Assembly (NCBI RefSeq): GCF_006345805.1
Contig: NC_042997.1
Location: 164,610,001 to 164,674,000, forward strand
Direction: 5' to 3'
From: Octopus sinensis
Lineage: Eukaryota
DNA: 64,000 nt
In this document: positions 25,412 to 40,260 of the stretch, piece after piece
Layout: every line of letters starts with the position of its first letter
Numbering within the stretch: position 1 is the stretch's first letter
Position numbers and translations under genes: made by a program
Notes under the pieces: model-generated
Database searches by the model: none
Seen by the model: the letters and a program-made list of their open reading frames with translations, nothing else
Told to the model about the DNA's origin: nothing

Positions 25412-27965
25412 ACACACACACAAACATATTTCCTACACGCATACACGATGGTTTCTTTCAGTTTCCATCTACCAAATTTACTTACAAGGCTTTTGTTGGC
25501 CCAGGGTTATAGCAGAAGACATTTAACCTTGGTGCCATGCCACGCAGCAGGACTGAACCCCAAATCATGGTGTTACGAAGCAAATTCCTAACTACACAAA
25601 CATGCCCATGTGCATGTATTTGCACATGTCTGTATGAATGCATCCATGCATGTGTGTGTATGGGTAGCCAGGTGTTTGTAGATTATCCATGTGTCTCTCA
25701 GTAATAGAACAAGTACACCTTGATGAATTGTATACCAAGACCCATTGTTTACCAAGGAAGTACACCTGAACAAATAGTCTAAATTCACCATTGCATGCAG
25801 ACATAATACATTCAAAACCTACCTGTAAAAGACCATAATTGGCCCTGGAGGTAAGCAGCATTTAAACCTCAATTATAAGCCTAACATTAATAGGCACTGC
25901 TACACTTATGATACACTGAAGTACACAGAGTCATGAATACAGCATTATATTATTACTATGATAGTCTTTTAAGGTTGCGAGCTGGCAGAATCATTAGCAT
26001 GCTGGGCGAAATGTTTCTGAGTTCAAATTCTGTCAAGGCCGACTTTGCTTTTCATCCTTTCAGGGTCGATAAGTTAAGTACCAGTGAAACACTTCAGTGA
26101 ATGTAAACAGCTTATTCCCTCTCCAAAATTTAGTAGGAAGATTCTGCTAGTCTTTTGAGTCAGAGAAAGAATATTCCACAATTGTACAGATAATTTGTGT
26201 ACAATGATCAAATGTTTGTGCTAGCTGTACATAAGCTCACTCCCGCCTTCAAATCGATATTGTCTGCACATCAGAACAATGTGAAATAAAGTGTTTTGCT
26301 CAAGAACACAACAAACTCCTTGGTCTGGGAATCAAAACCGCAGTCTTGCCATCATGACTGCGACACCCTAACCACAAGGCTATGAGCCTTCAACAATAAC
26401 GCACTTCATAAAACAATGATATGCCTAAATCCTATTGAGCAACAATACAATTATAACATCCTAGTAATGCTACAACTAGCTCAGACATGTTTCCTTGTAA
26501 GAAACATCTACACAATATATATCCATATGAACGACCACAAAACACACAAAAAACAGAGTCTAAATTCACACCCTAACAAATGCATACAAATGAAATACTC
26601 ATTCTCCTACAGACATGTGCACAAAAAGCATATTAAAACATATAACAATACTTATATACATACCACATCAATATGCTTCATGCTCTTATATACAATGCAA
26701 TATATATGTATATATATCCTAGCACACATGCACGCCTTCACTCACTCACACACACACAAACACACGCATGCATGCACACATTATCGTGTGAAATATTTCC
26801 TTCGCATGTAACTTTGTTGGAATAATACATATGCTTATGTACAAATATCCACAGCAGCAGGTTCCAATTTGCTTCTTGACAAACGCAAATTAAAAATACA
26901 CACTGTTATACCCCCCCACACACATTCAAAAACAAACACCTATTTTCAGTATATCGTCTGTGAATTTTCTTTTCATACACTAAACCACAAATACAATAAA
27001 CCCTACACACACTCATACAAATTACCATTACTATTTGCTCTTGTATGCAATAGACACTCTCAATCTCCCACACAAGCTCATTACCATAATATATCAAATA
27101 CACACACACACAAACATTTGAAATAATTCCTTTACACACATTTTTTTTCTACTCTAAGCACATCATCATCGTTTAACGTCCATTTTCCATGCTGGCATGG
27201 GCTGGACCGTTCGACTGGGGTCTGGGAAGCCAGGAGGCTGCACGAGGCTCCAGTCTGATCTGACAGTGTTTCTACAGCTGGATGCCCATCCTAACGCCAA
27301 CCACTCTGAGAGTGTAGTGGGTGCTTTTTATGTGCCACTGGCACAGGGGCCAGAGGAGGCTGGCAATGACCATGATCAGCTGGTGCTTTTTACGTGCCAG
27401 TCAAGGCAGCACTGGCATCAGCCACATTCAGATGGTGCTTTTTATGTGCCACTGGTACGGGGATCACGACTACAATTTCTATTTGATTTTGATGTACTTG
27501 ATTCAGGCACAGCATGTCGCCCTGCTGTGCATTTTGCCCAGTGTGCTAATGATTCTGCCAGCTTGCTGCCTTAAAAAAATGCTTAGCATATTCTCCATAT
27601 TTTTCATGAGTTTATTGTGTGCACATGTTAATCTAGAAGCAGGACACTCACTTGAATTTTGCATGGCAACTACTATTTTGTTGGATTGAATCATTATGAG
27701 TTTTAAAGTCGACAATTTGCATCCTTAAAATTCTGTAATAACACATTTTCTCCTCCTTTTACCATTTTTATAACCTTTAGTTTGGTATCTAATGATATTG
27801 CTTCATGCTTATGTGACATGGAATGGAATAAGTTTATTCTTTTTTTAGTCTGCATTTATGTAATTTTGAACTTGTTGCATATGTGGTGTAATGTAGCACA
27901 AGCAAATATGCCAGTACACAAAATGGGCAACTAACTGTGATTGACTGATTTTTCTTTGTGTGCAG

Positions 27966-28038
27966 TAACAAAACAATGAAATGGATTCTTCCAAGGGAGT
28001 TCAAATCAGTTGGAAATACCAGGACAGCCAAGCAATGA
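27966..28038 (+). CDS. Candidate terminal coding exon
   Basis: CTAAC branch site at 27931, tract tttttctttgtgtgcag|, reads NKTMKWILPREFKSVGNTRTAKQ*. The phase is compatible with the 19362 exon. Confidence 0.35.
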
Positions 28039-28530
28039 GTATGCATTTTTTTTCCTTTGTGAATTTAGTTGTTAAACTGGTGCAATATTATGCTTCATTA
28101 TTTTGAAGTTTTGTTTGCAGACAAAACACAAAACTGAAATGTGTATGCATGTACATACAGACACACATACATACACACACACATATACATACATACATAC
28201 ATACTTACATACATACATACATACATGTATGCATGTTATGTATGTATGTTTATAAAAATATATTATCATAAGGTAAAGCTAAACATTTTTTTAACATATA
28301 TATAAATGTCATATGTTTAAATGACATTTCCTTATGTTTATAAACAGTGCTATAAACAGGGAAATAGATAAATAGAAAAATATTAAAAGCATGATAGTAA
28401 CAACCACTGAATACACATTCTTCTTATAATTATTAATTGGCCAATGTTATCATGCATCACAAAAGTACAAATCTTCTTTTGAGCTGCAAAAATACACCCA
28501 GGAATCATCTATGGATCCTTACAATTTTGG

Positions 28531-28568
<38 letters not shown>

Positions 28569-28592
28569 AATACATATGTACATACATACATA

Positions 28593-28980
28593 CTGGTGGA
28601 ATTACCAGTGAAGACCTCAATGAAATGTAAGCACAACAGAACTGATATGATGATTTGGGATAGAGAAGAGAAACTGTGTACAGTTGTGGAAATTAGCTGC
28701 CAAGTGGATGTTAACATAAAGCTGAAGATCAGTGAAAAAGTGAACACCTATGCTGAACTATTGAGAAATCTGGAGTTACTCTATCCTGATTGCAAGTTCA
28801 GGTATATACCTGTAATTAATGAAGCCCTGGGATATGTAACACACTAACACACTGCCTAAATATCAATCTTGAGAAATTCAGCTTCTCAAAACCAGAAAGG
28901 AGAAAGCTAATTTGAAGATTACAGACTGAATCAATCACTGAAACTGTATATATATATAACAAAAGAGGGGTTGTTTCCAC
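28593..28980 (+). mobile_element. 3' fragment of an RLE-type (R2/R4/NeSL-like) non-LTR retrotransposon
   Basis: VKTSMKCKHNRTDMMIWDREEKLCTVVEISCQVDVNIKLKISEKVNTYAELL...FRYIPVINEALG matches the PD-(D/E)xK restriction-like endonuclease pattern (HNRPD...D/E...EK..Y...PI..GALG). Confidence 0.75.
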
Positions 28981-30789
28981 ACAGGAAAAAAATAGAGAAA
29001 TGTGTTGTTGAAAATGCACCTAAATTTCAAAAACTCATAATTGTTTAAAGTACATTTATTTACATATATATACCAAACTAGTTACAACAATATTTTTTGT
29101 TTATCAATGGTAAACGTTTAAAATTATGAATTAGAAAAACATCTTTAAAAGTTTCAATGTTGACAAATAAAAATGTTTCAATGTCGACAAATTAACATGT
29201 TTCAATGTTGACAAATTAACATGTTCAAAACAGATAAATTTAGCATTATGAATTAGGAGGACAGATGCAAGTTTAAATGTTCATAGCAGTCAATAATATT
29301 AAATCTGTATATCAATTTGTTTGAATGTACCAAGTTCATAAATGTTGGTGGTGATTGACAAGTCATACCGATTTAAGAGAGAAAAAGACAAGGGAGAAAT
29401 GAAAATTGTAAAAAAAAAGAAATTTGGTTTACAGTTTCTCTGATCCTCACATGCATATTTCTATGTAATATAGTTTAATGATGATCAATGATAATACTAA
29501 AAAATGATGCTCATGACTTTGAATCATGATGCTGCCACTGGCCATCTTTGTTGCAGCATCCATTTTTGCTAGTATTCAGCATAAACACATTACATGTACA
29601 TCTGATGAATGTAGGATAAACAGCTTTACATGAAACTGAGATTCACGAGCATCATCTGTTCACATGAATGACATTAAGCTATATAATATACTTTCTTTAT
29701 TTTCATAAAATTGAGTGCTTTTTTTTTTACAAAGAACCTCTGCAGATCAAGTACACACATACATACATACATACAAACAAACATGCATACACACACATAT
29801 ATATACATACATACATACATACACACATTTGTATACATATGTATATATATATATCATTTAATGTAGGAGGACAGGTGCAAGTTTGAATGTTCATAGCAGT
29901 CAATAATATTAAAACTGTATATCAATCTGTTTGAATGTACTAGTTTCATGCCCCTCTGAAAATAGTGCGATGACCGGACAAGCTTGTATAGCATACCACA
30001 TATTTCCAAGCAAACATTTGATATAAAATGTGTGCATGTGTGTGTATAAATATATAAAATATTCTAAGTCTAAATGAGCTGGGTTTCTGCAAAACTTTCA
30101 CATGGAACCAAATCAAAATGTTTCAAATAATAATAATAATGATAATTATAATCCTTTCTACTAAATGCACAAGACCTGAAATTTGGTGGAGAGGACTGGT
30201 TGATTATATTGACCCCAATTTTTTACTGGTACTTAATTTATCGACCCTGAATGAATGGAAGGCAAACTCAACTTAGGCAGAATTTGAACTCAGAACACAA
30301 TGTCACTAAGCATTTAATCCAGTGTGTTAACAATTCTGCTAGCTTGCCACCTTAGCACCGCCTTACTGGCACTTGTGCTGGTGGCATGTGAAAAAACATT
30401 CGAGCAAGGTTGTTACCAGTGCCGCTGGACTGGCTCCTGTGCAGGTGGCACATAAAAAGCACCAGTACTGCCAGACTGGCCCTTGTGCCGGTGGCACGTA
30501 AAAACACCCACTACACTCTCAGGGTGGTTGGCATTAGGAAGGGCATCCAGCTGTAGAAATTCTGCCAGATCAGATTGGAGTCTGGTGCAGCCATCTGGTT
30601 CGCCAGACTTCAGTCAAATCGTCCAACCAATGCTAGCATGGAAAGCGGATATCAAACGATAATGATGATGATGATATTTATATACACATGCACATTTATA
30701 TAAAATAATTGGGTGCATAAACAAACATAAATGCCATTATAGACACACAATATGGTTGATATATGCATTGAGCTTTCTATGGAGATGTA

Positions 30790-31009
30790 TGAGGATGTGC
30801 TGAAAAAGTTCTTGGCTTTAAGGGTACTATGAAAGGCATAGCTGGAAGCCCAACCTTCCGAATTCTTTTAAATGACTAAGAAAAGAATGAAGGACTGCTG
30901 CAATAAGTGCGTGAATCTGAGAGGGAGAATATGCTGAATAAAATCATAATTAACTGATCCGCTTGTATTTTCTTTTACCTAAAGCCAGGAAATTTGCAGC
31001 ACAACCTCA
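30790..31009 (+). mobile_element. Short mariner-derived MITE
   Basis: TIRs tgaggatgtgctgaaaaagttcttggcttta / taaagccaggaaatttgcagcacaacctca, TA on both sides, and a remnant of the transposase C-terminus (CNKCVNL.GEY). Confidence 0.8.
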
Positions 31010-31458
31010 TATTTACATATTACCATATACACACATACATACACATGTATTACAACCGTTTTATACAACTGTATAACATATATCTCTATAATTTAACTCA
31101 GTTACTAGAAGCAAATTCTCTCCACACAAGACCAGAATAAATTGAATGAAAGACAGGAACCAAAGAATCATTTTACCATTATGGCACCATATTTAATGCA
31201 TCGTGATGCTGCACTGATGGCATGTGGCTTATGATCATTGTACATTACTATACATATTAACACTGAATCATACAGTGAAATTGTGCCTAACATCACCATT
31301 TATTGAATTATACATTGAATTTAATGCATTAAATTAGCATTTTTGAATGAATTAGAAATCATAACTGTTGTCTGAATTGGCAAGAGTCACTGTTGCATTG
31401 TGTGTGAGTGTGTGGATATGAGTTGGTCTGTATCTATCTATCTGTCTATCCCTCTGTC

Positions 31459-31498
<40 letters not shown>

Positions 31499-31752
31499 GA
31501 CATTTGGTGAGAGCAAGAGCTCAGTGTAGAAAACATATAGTAGTGCTCAAATGAATTTCAACTTAAACTCTGAAGTTTTCAGCTGATATGCAGGTAGTAA
31601 GGCATATAAACACAGTTACGCTTGAGTTACAAAAGTACATATTTTCTTCATATTTTATTCTGTATTTTTTGTGTTCCATGTGAGTATATATACATATCAA
31701 GCCTAACTGTGTTTGGTGGCATTACTACATATATATATATATATATATATAT

Positions 31753-32619
31753 GGTGCGGTGAATAAACTGTCGTCTAAATTACACAAAAATGAAAATAAC
31801 ACTGACATCTCATTTCAACACATATAGTTACCAAAATTACAGAAAAATATCTTGAAATACTAAAGAGTAAATTTATTCAATAAAATTGCCATTGACTTTG
31901 GCCATGACCTCCAGACGACTTCGGAATCTCCTGCAATTCTTCTGGATGGCCCCCTTGTTTAAGTTGGTGAATGCTGCTATAATCCTTGCCTTCAGTTCAT
32001 CCTTGGTGTTACAAGGAGTTTTGTTGGTCTCTCGCTCAACTGCGCCCCACACAATAATCAAGGGGGTTGCAGTCTGGAAGTTAGGTGGTTAGATGTTAGG
32101 AGTGATGTTGTCACAGAAATTGTCTGACAGCCATGTCTGGGTTCCCCTGCTTGTGTGACATGGTGCAGAGTCCTGTTGCCAGGCATAGGGTCTTCAAGTA
32201 GCCACCCTCTTGACCCAAGGCAGCACTACCTCCTTCAGACACTTGATGTAGGCCTCCGTGTTGAGCATGAGGCTGTGTTGGAAGATGAATGGAAGCATAA
32301 TGTCACCATCACTAGTGATCACTCCAAACACCATGATGTTGACCGGATGTTTGATTTTTATCACCCTTAGTACATGTCCTCAGATTGATACCCAAACACT
32401 CTGAAATGTTCCTATTGGAGCCTCTTGTGAGAATGCCAAGCAGTACAGCATGTCGTTTCCAAATTTCTGGTAGAGTGAATTGCATCATGGTGCTGTTTTT
32501 CTCACAGACTGTGTCCAATTTATCCTACTATACTGTGTAGTCAACAAAATCAAAACCAAATAATGTGCATGCGAGAAATCAAAAATATGAAATGGCAACA
32601 ATTTACTCATTGCACCCTG
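31753..32619 (-). mobile_element. DD37D (maT) element, internally deleted, copy 2
   Basis: Both imperfect TIRs present (ggtgcggtgaataaactgtcgtc / ggcaacaatttactcattgcaccctg|TA). Remnants VWGAVERETNKTPCNTKDELKARI and an N-terminal PEIWKRHAVLLGI. Confidence 0.88.
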
Positions 32620-33610
32620 TATATATAACCTTTTGAGTGTTGGGCCTCACAGAGGCAATGTCTGAGACCTTTAGCCTGAAATTTTGGGTGAGGATGCTAC
32701 TTGATTACATCAACACCACTTTGCTACTGGTACTTATTTCATCAATTCTGAAAGGATGAAAGGCTAAGTTGACCTTAGTAGAGTAGACAAAACATCAATA
32801 GGTATTTTGTCTGGTGTGCTACTGATTCAGACAGCTTGTTGACTTTCTCGCCTACATAATAATATGTAAATGAGAGAGAAGCACTTATGACTCATAGCAT
32901 TGAAGTGGTTTTAAGTGCTGCAGTTCAGCTGCGGTTTCTTGGCATTAAGTAGTTTTGAGACTAAATTTGCAAGGAAAGATGCTGTTTTATCCCTGATGAC
33001 ACTTTTGCATGATATACTCTCCATTGCTAATGGAGCAGTGAACTAAAACACTTAGAATTAAAAGTAAAGCCTTTATAGTCAATGAAACAACTATAGCAGA
33101 TACATAGACCTTGTCTAACCTTTCTGGGAGAAATCATGCAACAACAAGAGCACTCAGAGAGTGCAAACCTCTGCGAATGCAACACCAATGTCCTCTCAAT
33201 GATTAACCAGAGATGATTTTTAAAATGAGAATATTTGAAATAAAATCCTTCAATGAACATTATGAGACCTTTTGGTTTCCTCTTCTCTTATATTCTGGTC
33301 TTCCTTTAGTAATCCTGTTGTTTTTGATCGATGTATAGAATTATGTATATATGTAAGTATACTGTAAAATGTTAAAATGTATAATCTCCTAATATAATAA
33401 TGAGCGTTGCCTTTTCATATATTTGGATATATATTTGTGTGTGTGTGTCTGTATATAATATATATATTTATATAGGAAGGGCATTGGCGTTAGGAAGGGC
33501 ATCCAGCCGTAGAAACACTGCCAGATTTGACTGGGCCTGATGAAGCCTTCTGGCTTCACAGACCCCAGTAGAACCGTCCAACCCATGCTAGCATGGAAAA
33601 CGGACGCTAA

Positions 33611-33642
<32 letters not shown>

Positions 33643-35837
33643 CTAAATAGGATTGGAGTGAGAGGTGTAGGTAGAGGAGATAAATGGCAAAGAAGCATGC
33701 TCAATGAATCATGAACTCCTTATATGTATTAATCCTCTTGTTGCTATGTTTCTTTTAAAATACAGTTCTTGTTCCGATTGATTTTTAAAATGATGAAGAA
33801 TTTAGTAAAATAACTTTGTCATTATTAAGCTGATGTTTGAAACATAAATTTGCTTGAAATTTTGATGGAAAGTTTTAATCTAAGTCATTTAAAAACACAA
33901 GAAATTTGCATCCTAGAATTAGGGGCAATCTTAGACAGATTGGAATCAAAGAGGTTAAAGGAGAATGAGATCTAATGACTTCAAAAAAAAAAAGTGGAAA
34001 ACTGAGTTTTGGTATTCATGGCCTTCTCAAGGACATTACAGAACAATATGAATTCACTGCATTTTAGAGTAGAAGTTAGATAACTGGGATTTAGCCTTAA
34101 TATGGTCGTTTAAACCGCTAGAAATAGCAGCCGAATCTTCTTCCAAATTACATCATAATGTCTTGAAAAGAAAATGAGCACATTGAATAATGTAGCTTTG
34201 GTAGTATAAAAGACTGAATGGGTAAAGCTGGAGCATCTTGAATCATAAGCCTGTTCAATCAGAGCTGACCAGGGTTTAACAATAACAGCAATGACACCAC
34301 CATCACCTATAATATCTATAGCAACAACAACAGCAGCCTTTGTTGCCTCTACAATCGCCGCCACCGCCACCACCACCACCACCACCATTTTCATTTGTTG
34401 TGTAGTATTATTTTCAAATGTTTGATTAAAGTTGACTAAAATAATAAAAAAAATAAAAAGGAAGGAAGGAATCTATACTTTGGTATGTGTTTCTAGTCAC
34501 TAGGACAGCTTGTAGTGTGTTTTTATTCCCCCTCAAATATGCAAAAAAAAACCCAAATAAATAAAGCTAGATCTATTTGGATTTGAACTCAAGAGTTCCT
34601 AGGATATAATATACTGTACTGTCTTATTCGTCTCCACTAGTCTTTCTATTATACTTCTGATTATGGCAAACATCTAATTTCTTTTGGAGGAAAAATACAT
34701 CTTTAATTTTTCTTGTTCAGTACAATAGATTGGATGCTGTGTACTTGTAGTTCTTCATTGCACATAAAGCATTGATATGTCTGTCTTCTTACACTTCCCT
34801 GAATGAAAATTAGTTGTATGTGGTTGGAGGTTATCATAGCAAACCTCTTATAGATTTGTATTTAAAGACAAGGATATGCAATGTAAGCTTGATTATATTG
34901 CACAACAGGAAATATTTGGTGAATTGCATCCCTCACAAAACCAGCGGTGAGGAACCACCAAAGATTGTTGCCAAGTACATCTAGAATAACTAGAAGTGAT
35001 GCATTTTAAGATAAAACTATGGTAGTGTTTGAACTCAGAATTGAAAGCTAACAAATGTCAATTATAATATTTTCCCATTGTCTACACCTGTAAATATCAG
35101 CTGCTCAGAGATTTTACTTACATCTAGATCAATGGTTCTTTATCTGGGCATTAGCACCTTCTTGGAGGCATTGTGATCTCACTAAGGAGCAGCAAATATG
35201 AAGGAAATTTTGTGGAAGGTGGTGCTGGGTACTCAGAGACATCATGATTTTTCTTGGAATAAAATATCTAAATAAGGTTCAATACCTATATTCTATATGC
35301 CCATTTTCTCCCCAGCCTCCCCAAAATCTTTGTTGGGGTTAAAATATGAGTAAGACATAATGAGCAAGAACATGACAAATGATGTACCAGTCATATAATT
35401 TTTTTTATATAGGTGCAGGCATCATTGTGGGGTAAGAAGCTTACTTCTCAATCACATGGTGCTGGGTTCAGTCCCACCGTGTAGCATTTTGGCTAAGTAT
35501 CTTCTACTATAGCCTCCAGCTGACCAAAGCCTTGCGAGTGGATTTGGTAGATGGAAACTGAAAGAAGCCTGTTGTATAAGCATATATATATGTGCGGGTG
35601 TATGTTTTATGTCTGCATTTGTTCCCCACAACTGTGTGCCAACTGGTGTTGGAGTGTTTACATCCCTGTAACTTAGCAGTTTGGCAAAAGAGACCAATAG
35701 AATAAGTACCAGGCATAAAAAAAAAAAAAATCAAAATACTAGGGTTGATTCATTCGACTAAAATTCTTCAAGGTGGTGCCCCAGCATGGCCACAATCTGA
35801 TGACTGAAACAAGTAAAAGAACAAAAGAAGTCCTCAC

Positions 35838-35888
35838 CTGTTATTTCCATAAAAATTTAACATAGGAGGTACCAGGCTTCTCAAATAT
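35838..35888 (-). CDS. Candidate 51-bp symmetric (phase 2-2) exon of the minus-strand gene
   Basis: Acceptor gcttctttttag|, reads YLRSLVPPMLNFYGNN, donor CAG|gtgagg. Confidence 0.35.
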
Positions 35889-36972
35889 CTAAAAAGAAGC
35901 ATGTGCTGGATCAGATGCTATAAAAGATTAAACTATAGCAACACAGGATGTGAATGGACCCTGTCAAGCCAGTTGTGAAATCGCAGTTGTGGCCAATGCC
36001 AGAGTTGTGTAACTGGTACTCATGCCAGTGGCATGTGAAAAGCACCCTTCGAATGTTGGATGATATACTGTGCTTGAGAAGACCTGTCAAGCCAAGTGAA
36101 ATCATAATTGTGGCCGATGCCAGTGTCACATACCTGGCACCTGTGCTGGTGGCATGTAAAAAGCACCCTTTGGACTCTTGGCCTCATGAAGACAGTGACA
36201 TGTGACTGAGATCTCTGGCAATATACTGTGCTTGATAAAAACCTGTCAAGCCAAATGGTGGATGATGCTGGTGTTTTATAACTTGTACCTGTGTCAGTGG
36301 CATGTAAAAGGTACCCTCAACATCTTTGGAGTGGTTGGTATTAGGAAGGGCATCCAACTGTAGAAACCATGCCAAATGAGATTGGAACCTGGTGCAGCTT
36401 CCCAGCTTACCAGTTTTCAGTCAAACAGTCTAGCGCATGCCAGCATGGAAAACAGATGTTAAATGACGATAATGATGATGATGATAATGATGATAATGAT
36501 AATGATGAAAGACTAACACATTTCAGAAAGTAGTTGTAAACAATATCTGTTAATTCTACATTATTTCCTCAATTAGCATCTAATTAGAGTGTTAGAAGTT
36601 AAAATTACAACTGCAAATATGATTATAATGTATAATGAATCTTTTGTTATATGTTATTATTTATAAACTGACACCCTAAGAAGTTGTGTTTTGGTAATCT
36701 AGCTTGTGATGAAAATGATTAAGTCAAGAGAGCTACAGTTAAGAGGCATTGCAGGAATTATTAATATTATTCTTGAATAACAGGCAGTCTTTATGAATAA
36801 ATTAAAATATCTGTGCTGGTGTGGACATATAGATGTGGCATATGAAGAATGATAGTTGGGTAAAAAAAGGGTCAAATTATGCTAATGGAAAGAACCTGCA
36901 GAAGAGGAAGACTGCAGCAGACATGGGTAGAATTAGGGGTAGAATTTGATCTCAGGATGCTGGGCCTCTTAA

Positions 36973-37194
36973 ACATTTAGCATTCAGATTACACTGTCAA
37001 ATGTAATGGTTATTTATTCACATTGTTTTCAATTAATTATGCATTATTTTGTAGCTTCAAGGTTTCAATGATGTGATTGTATATTTTTAGAATGACATTG
37101 TAAGGTAGGTGTGAAAGGCAAGATCTAGCTGGTTTGAACATAAAGCAGGTAAAAATATTTGGGTCTGATATGACTGGTTTAAAATACTGACGGG
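36973..37194. mobile_element. piggyBac-type MITE
   Basis: Flanked by TTAA at both ends, with termini related to ccctttagcatt...; opposite orientation to 46532-46744. Confidence 0.7.
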
Positions 37195-38569
37195 TTAAAA
37201 GTAACAAGGAAAGTAAGATGTTGTGATGACAGAGACCTGTCCAATCCATGCCAGCATGGAAAAACAGACACAGAAATGATGATGATGATGATTTCTAAAA
37301 CTGGAACAAAGAATATAATAAACCTTGCAAAACATGAGAAAGAAAGAAGAAACAAAAACGAAAAGAAAAGTAAATGGAAGGGAAAATAAATTCCAAATAT
37401 GGAATTGATTTGCATTTCCTTTTCTATTCAAGATTCTACTGAAAATCTCATGGGGTTCACTATATTGGTAGTTGTATGGTTCTACATTACATTTTAAATC
37501 TCTCCAGATTTCCTAATGCAATCCCTCTGAATAAAAATCATAAATACAGTCATTAAACATTATACAATTTAGCAATTTTCTGTATAGAATTCAAAAAGCT
37601 CTTCTGAAAATTGCAAAATACAATTTTCTATTGTAGAATTTCTATTTTACATTGCGTGATATTGCCATCTATTACTTCTATTTATCTGCACAAGTAAATA
37701 CAGTAATTTTCTGGAAACTAATGAGCTATTATTGCATTGCGCACAAACAGTCTATTTCTTGCATATGTCATAATGCCTTGACTGAAACAGATACAAAATA
37801 TATAACAAATACAAAACTGAAGTAAAGATTCTCTGATGTTATATATATTTTTTTCATTTATTTCAGCCAAAATATTCAAAAGCAATTATATATAATTATC
37901 CTTATTGTTTTATCTCTCCATCCACCTTCCATTTTTATTTCTACATTTTTCTTGTTCATGTCTCCATGTCCATTGATTTATAATATTTATTATATTTATT
38001 ATATTTCTTCTTCCTGTTAATACATGCAAAAATAGCCGAATGTTGTGGTTGTTTTGTGTAGTGTTTACTATTAGAATGGTAATTTTCCTTTTTCAGAATT
38101 CTTACATCGGTGAATTTACATTTAAGAGTAACTCTTAAGAATTTAGTTGCACATTTATACAAGCCGGAGACACTCCAATTATTGCTTTTTAGAAATATCT
38201 TTCTTTTGATGTATGCTTTGCATCTTCTCTTGAGAGCTTTCCAGAAAACCACATGACCGAGTGAGTATGTTTGTATGTATGTGTGTGTATTTATATGTAT
38301 GAGTGTAGTGTGTGTGTGTGCGCGCATAAATATGTATGTGTGTTTATATATATATATGTATGTGTAAATATATATATATACATATATATATGAATGTATG
38401 TATTATACACACACATATACCACATGTAAATGTCAATATGTATCTATCTATCTCTCACTATATATATGTATATATATATATGTGTGTGTGTATCTATCTA
38501 TCTATCTATCTATCTATAAAGTATAAAGATAAATATAAGATCCTTTCAGGTATTCCATTCTTTAACTTT

Positions 38570-38612
<43 letters not shown>

Positions 38613-39903
38613 TTTTCTACTCTAGGCACAAGGCCCAAAATTTCTGGGGAGGAGCCAGTCGATAAGATCCCCCAGTATATAACTGGTACTTAAATTATTG
38701 ACCCCGAAGGGATGAAAGATATTTATATATATATATATATATATTGGAAAATGTGTGAGATCCTGGGTACAGTTGAGTATATTTGAAAAAAGAAAAAGAA
38801 TGACTGCACTGGTAGTTTTAATCAGTTTAATTTATTATTTTTTAATTTTTTAATTATCTAAATTTTAGTTAATGGATCTAGAAAATTCTTTGTTAACTTG
38901 GGTGTGGAGAAGATACTTGATTGGAGGTGGAGTTGGGAGGTGGTGGAGTGTTAAAGGAGTGTTTTGTGAAGCCATTTGAATAGTTGACCTTTCGCCAGAA
39001 ATCTAATGACCAGATGTTTTTCCAAATTCTTACTTTTGGTCAAAACTTGGAAGTTGCTGTTAACAATATTCTTGTTTAAGAATAATAAATTTGTACTTGA
39101 CAAAAATGTAACCCCTCAGATTAATGTAAAATTGTTTTTATTATAGCTGAACATAAAAACAAACAAATATATATGTAATCACATTTGGTTAAAATGGCTT
39201 ATTGATGTGTTTTGTTTCCTTTTTTACCCTGACAAGATAATTACATTGTTTTACATCATTTTTATTCCCTCCGGAATAACCTCAATGCTTTCTTCGAAAC
39301 ATATGTTGGAAGTATGATTTGAATTACGCTTGTGTTTGGCTCCATTTTTTAAATTTATCCATGTTAATAATGAATAAATTTCTACCTTTATAAGTAGGCT
39401 GTAATATCTTTGGTACTTATGCGAATTTTTGCTACCCTGGTAACTATTTTTTCATTTTTTTCCTTGTTATTCATACAATTTGAAAAAATATACATACATT
39501 TATATATATATACATATATATATTGTATGCACATGTAATATATATAATTATATTTATGTATGTACATATATGTGTATGTACTATATGCATATGTATAGAA
39601 CTTATTGGTCTCATACCTCCACCAGTCTAGAAATCTTGAGCCACTTGTCACTTCTCCGGTCAATACTCTTGTTCCAACACCACTGGTCTGGCACTAACCA
39701 CTATGTCAAATCCTTTGTTCCCAGAACGTCAGCCCTCTAGAATCTCTTCCAAGCTTATTTCTTTCCAGCAAGTGTTTAACTGCATCAGTGTAAACAGAAC
39801 ACTGATGGCATCTGCTATTAATGTTCTATTTACCAGTCTTGGAGAACTTACAGTAGTCATGGACACTGCGTCTTTCTCTAAACTCAACAAGTAAATACAT
39901 ATG

Positions 39904-39904
<1 letters not shown>

Positions 39905-39941
<37 letters not shown>

Positions 39942-40260
39942 GAAGTGAAAATGAACTGAGAGAAAAGCAGAATAGAAGAGGAATTAAATAATAGTGAATA
40001 TGAGAGAGAGAAAACTGCTGATATAGGCATATAATCCAGACTGATAGAAGTATAAGAGATGAGAATATAAAGTGTTTGAAATAGACAGATCTTATGGAAG
40101 AATAAAACCTTGAAAGATATGGGTGAAGTGGTGAAGAATAACCTTAAGATGTTGAATCTCACAAAGGAGGTGACAAAGGACCAGTGATGACTGGTGATAC
40201 ACAATGCTAAGCAAGATGCTTGTTAAGTGTTTGTACCCTCATCATCATTTAGCATCCATT
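39905..40260 (+). mobile_element. Degenerate RTE LINE 3' fragment
   Basis: Aligns by eye to the RTE 3' end (LREKL...GRPRKTW.EVVK.DL...MTKD) and runs into a (CAT)n tract. Confidence 0.5.

Noticed and set aside
37956-38327. 123-aa minus-strand ORF
   Set aside because: It begins in a microsatellite, and its K/N/Y-rich composition reflects AT bias; no recognisable domain.
38770-39330. Possible Penelope or other TE fragment
   Set aside because: It looks repeat-derived, but I could read no diagnostic motif in any frame.
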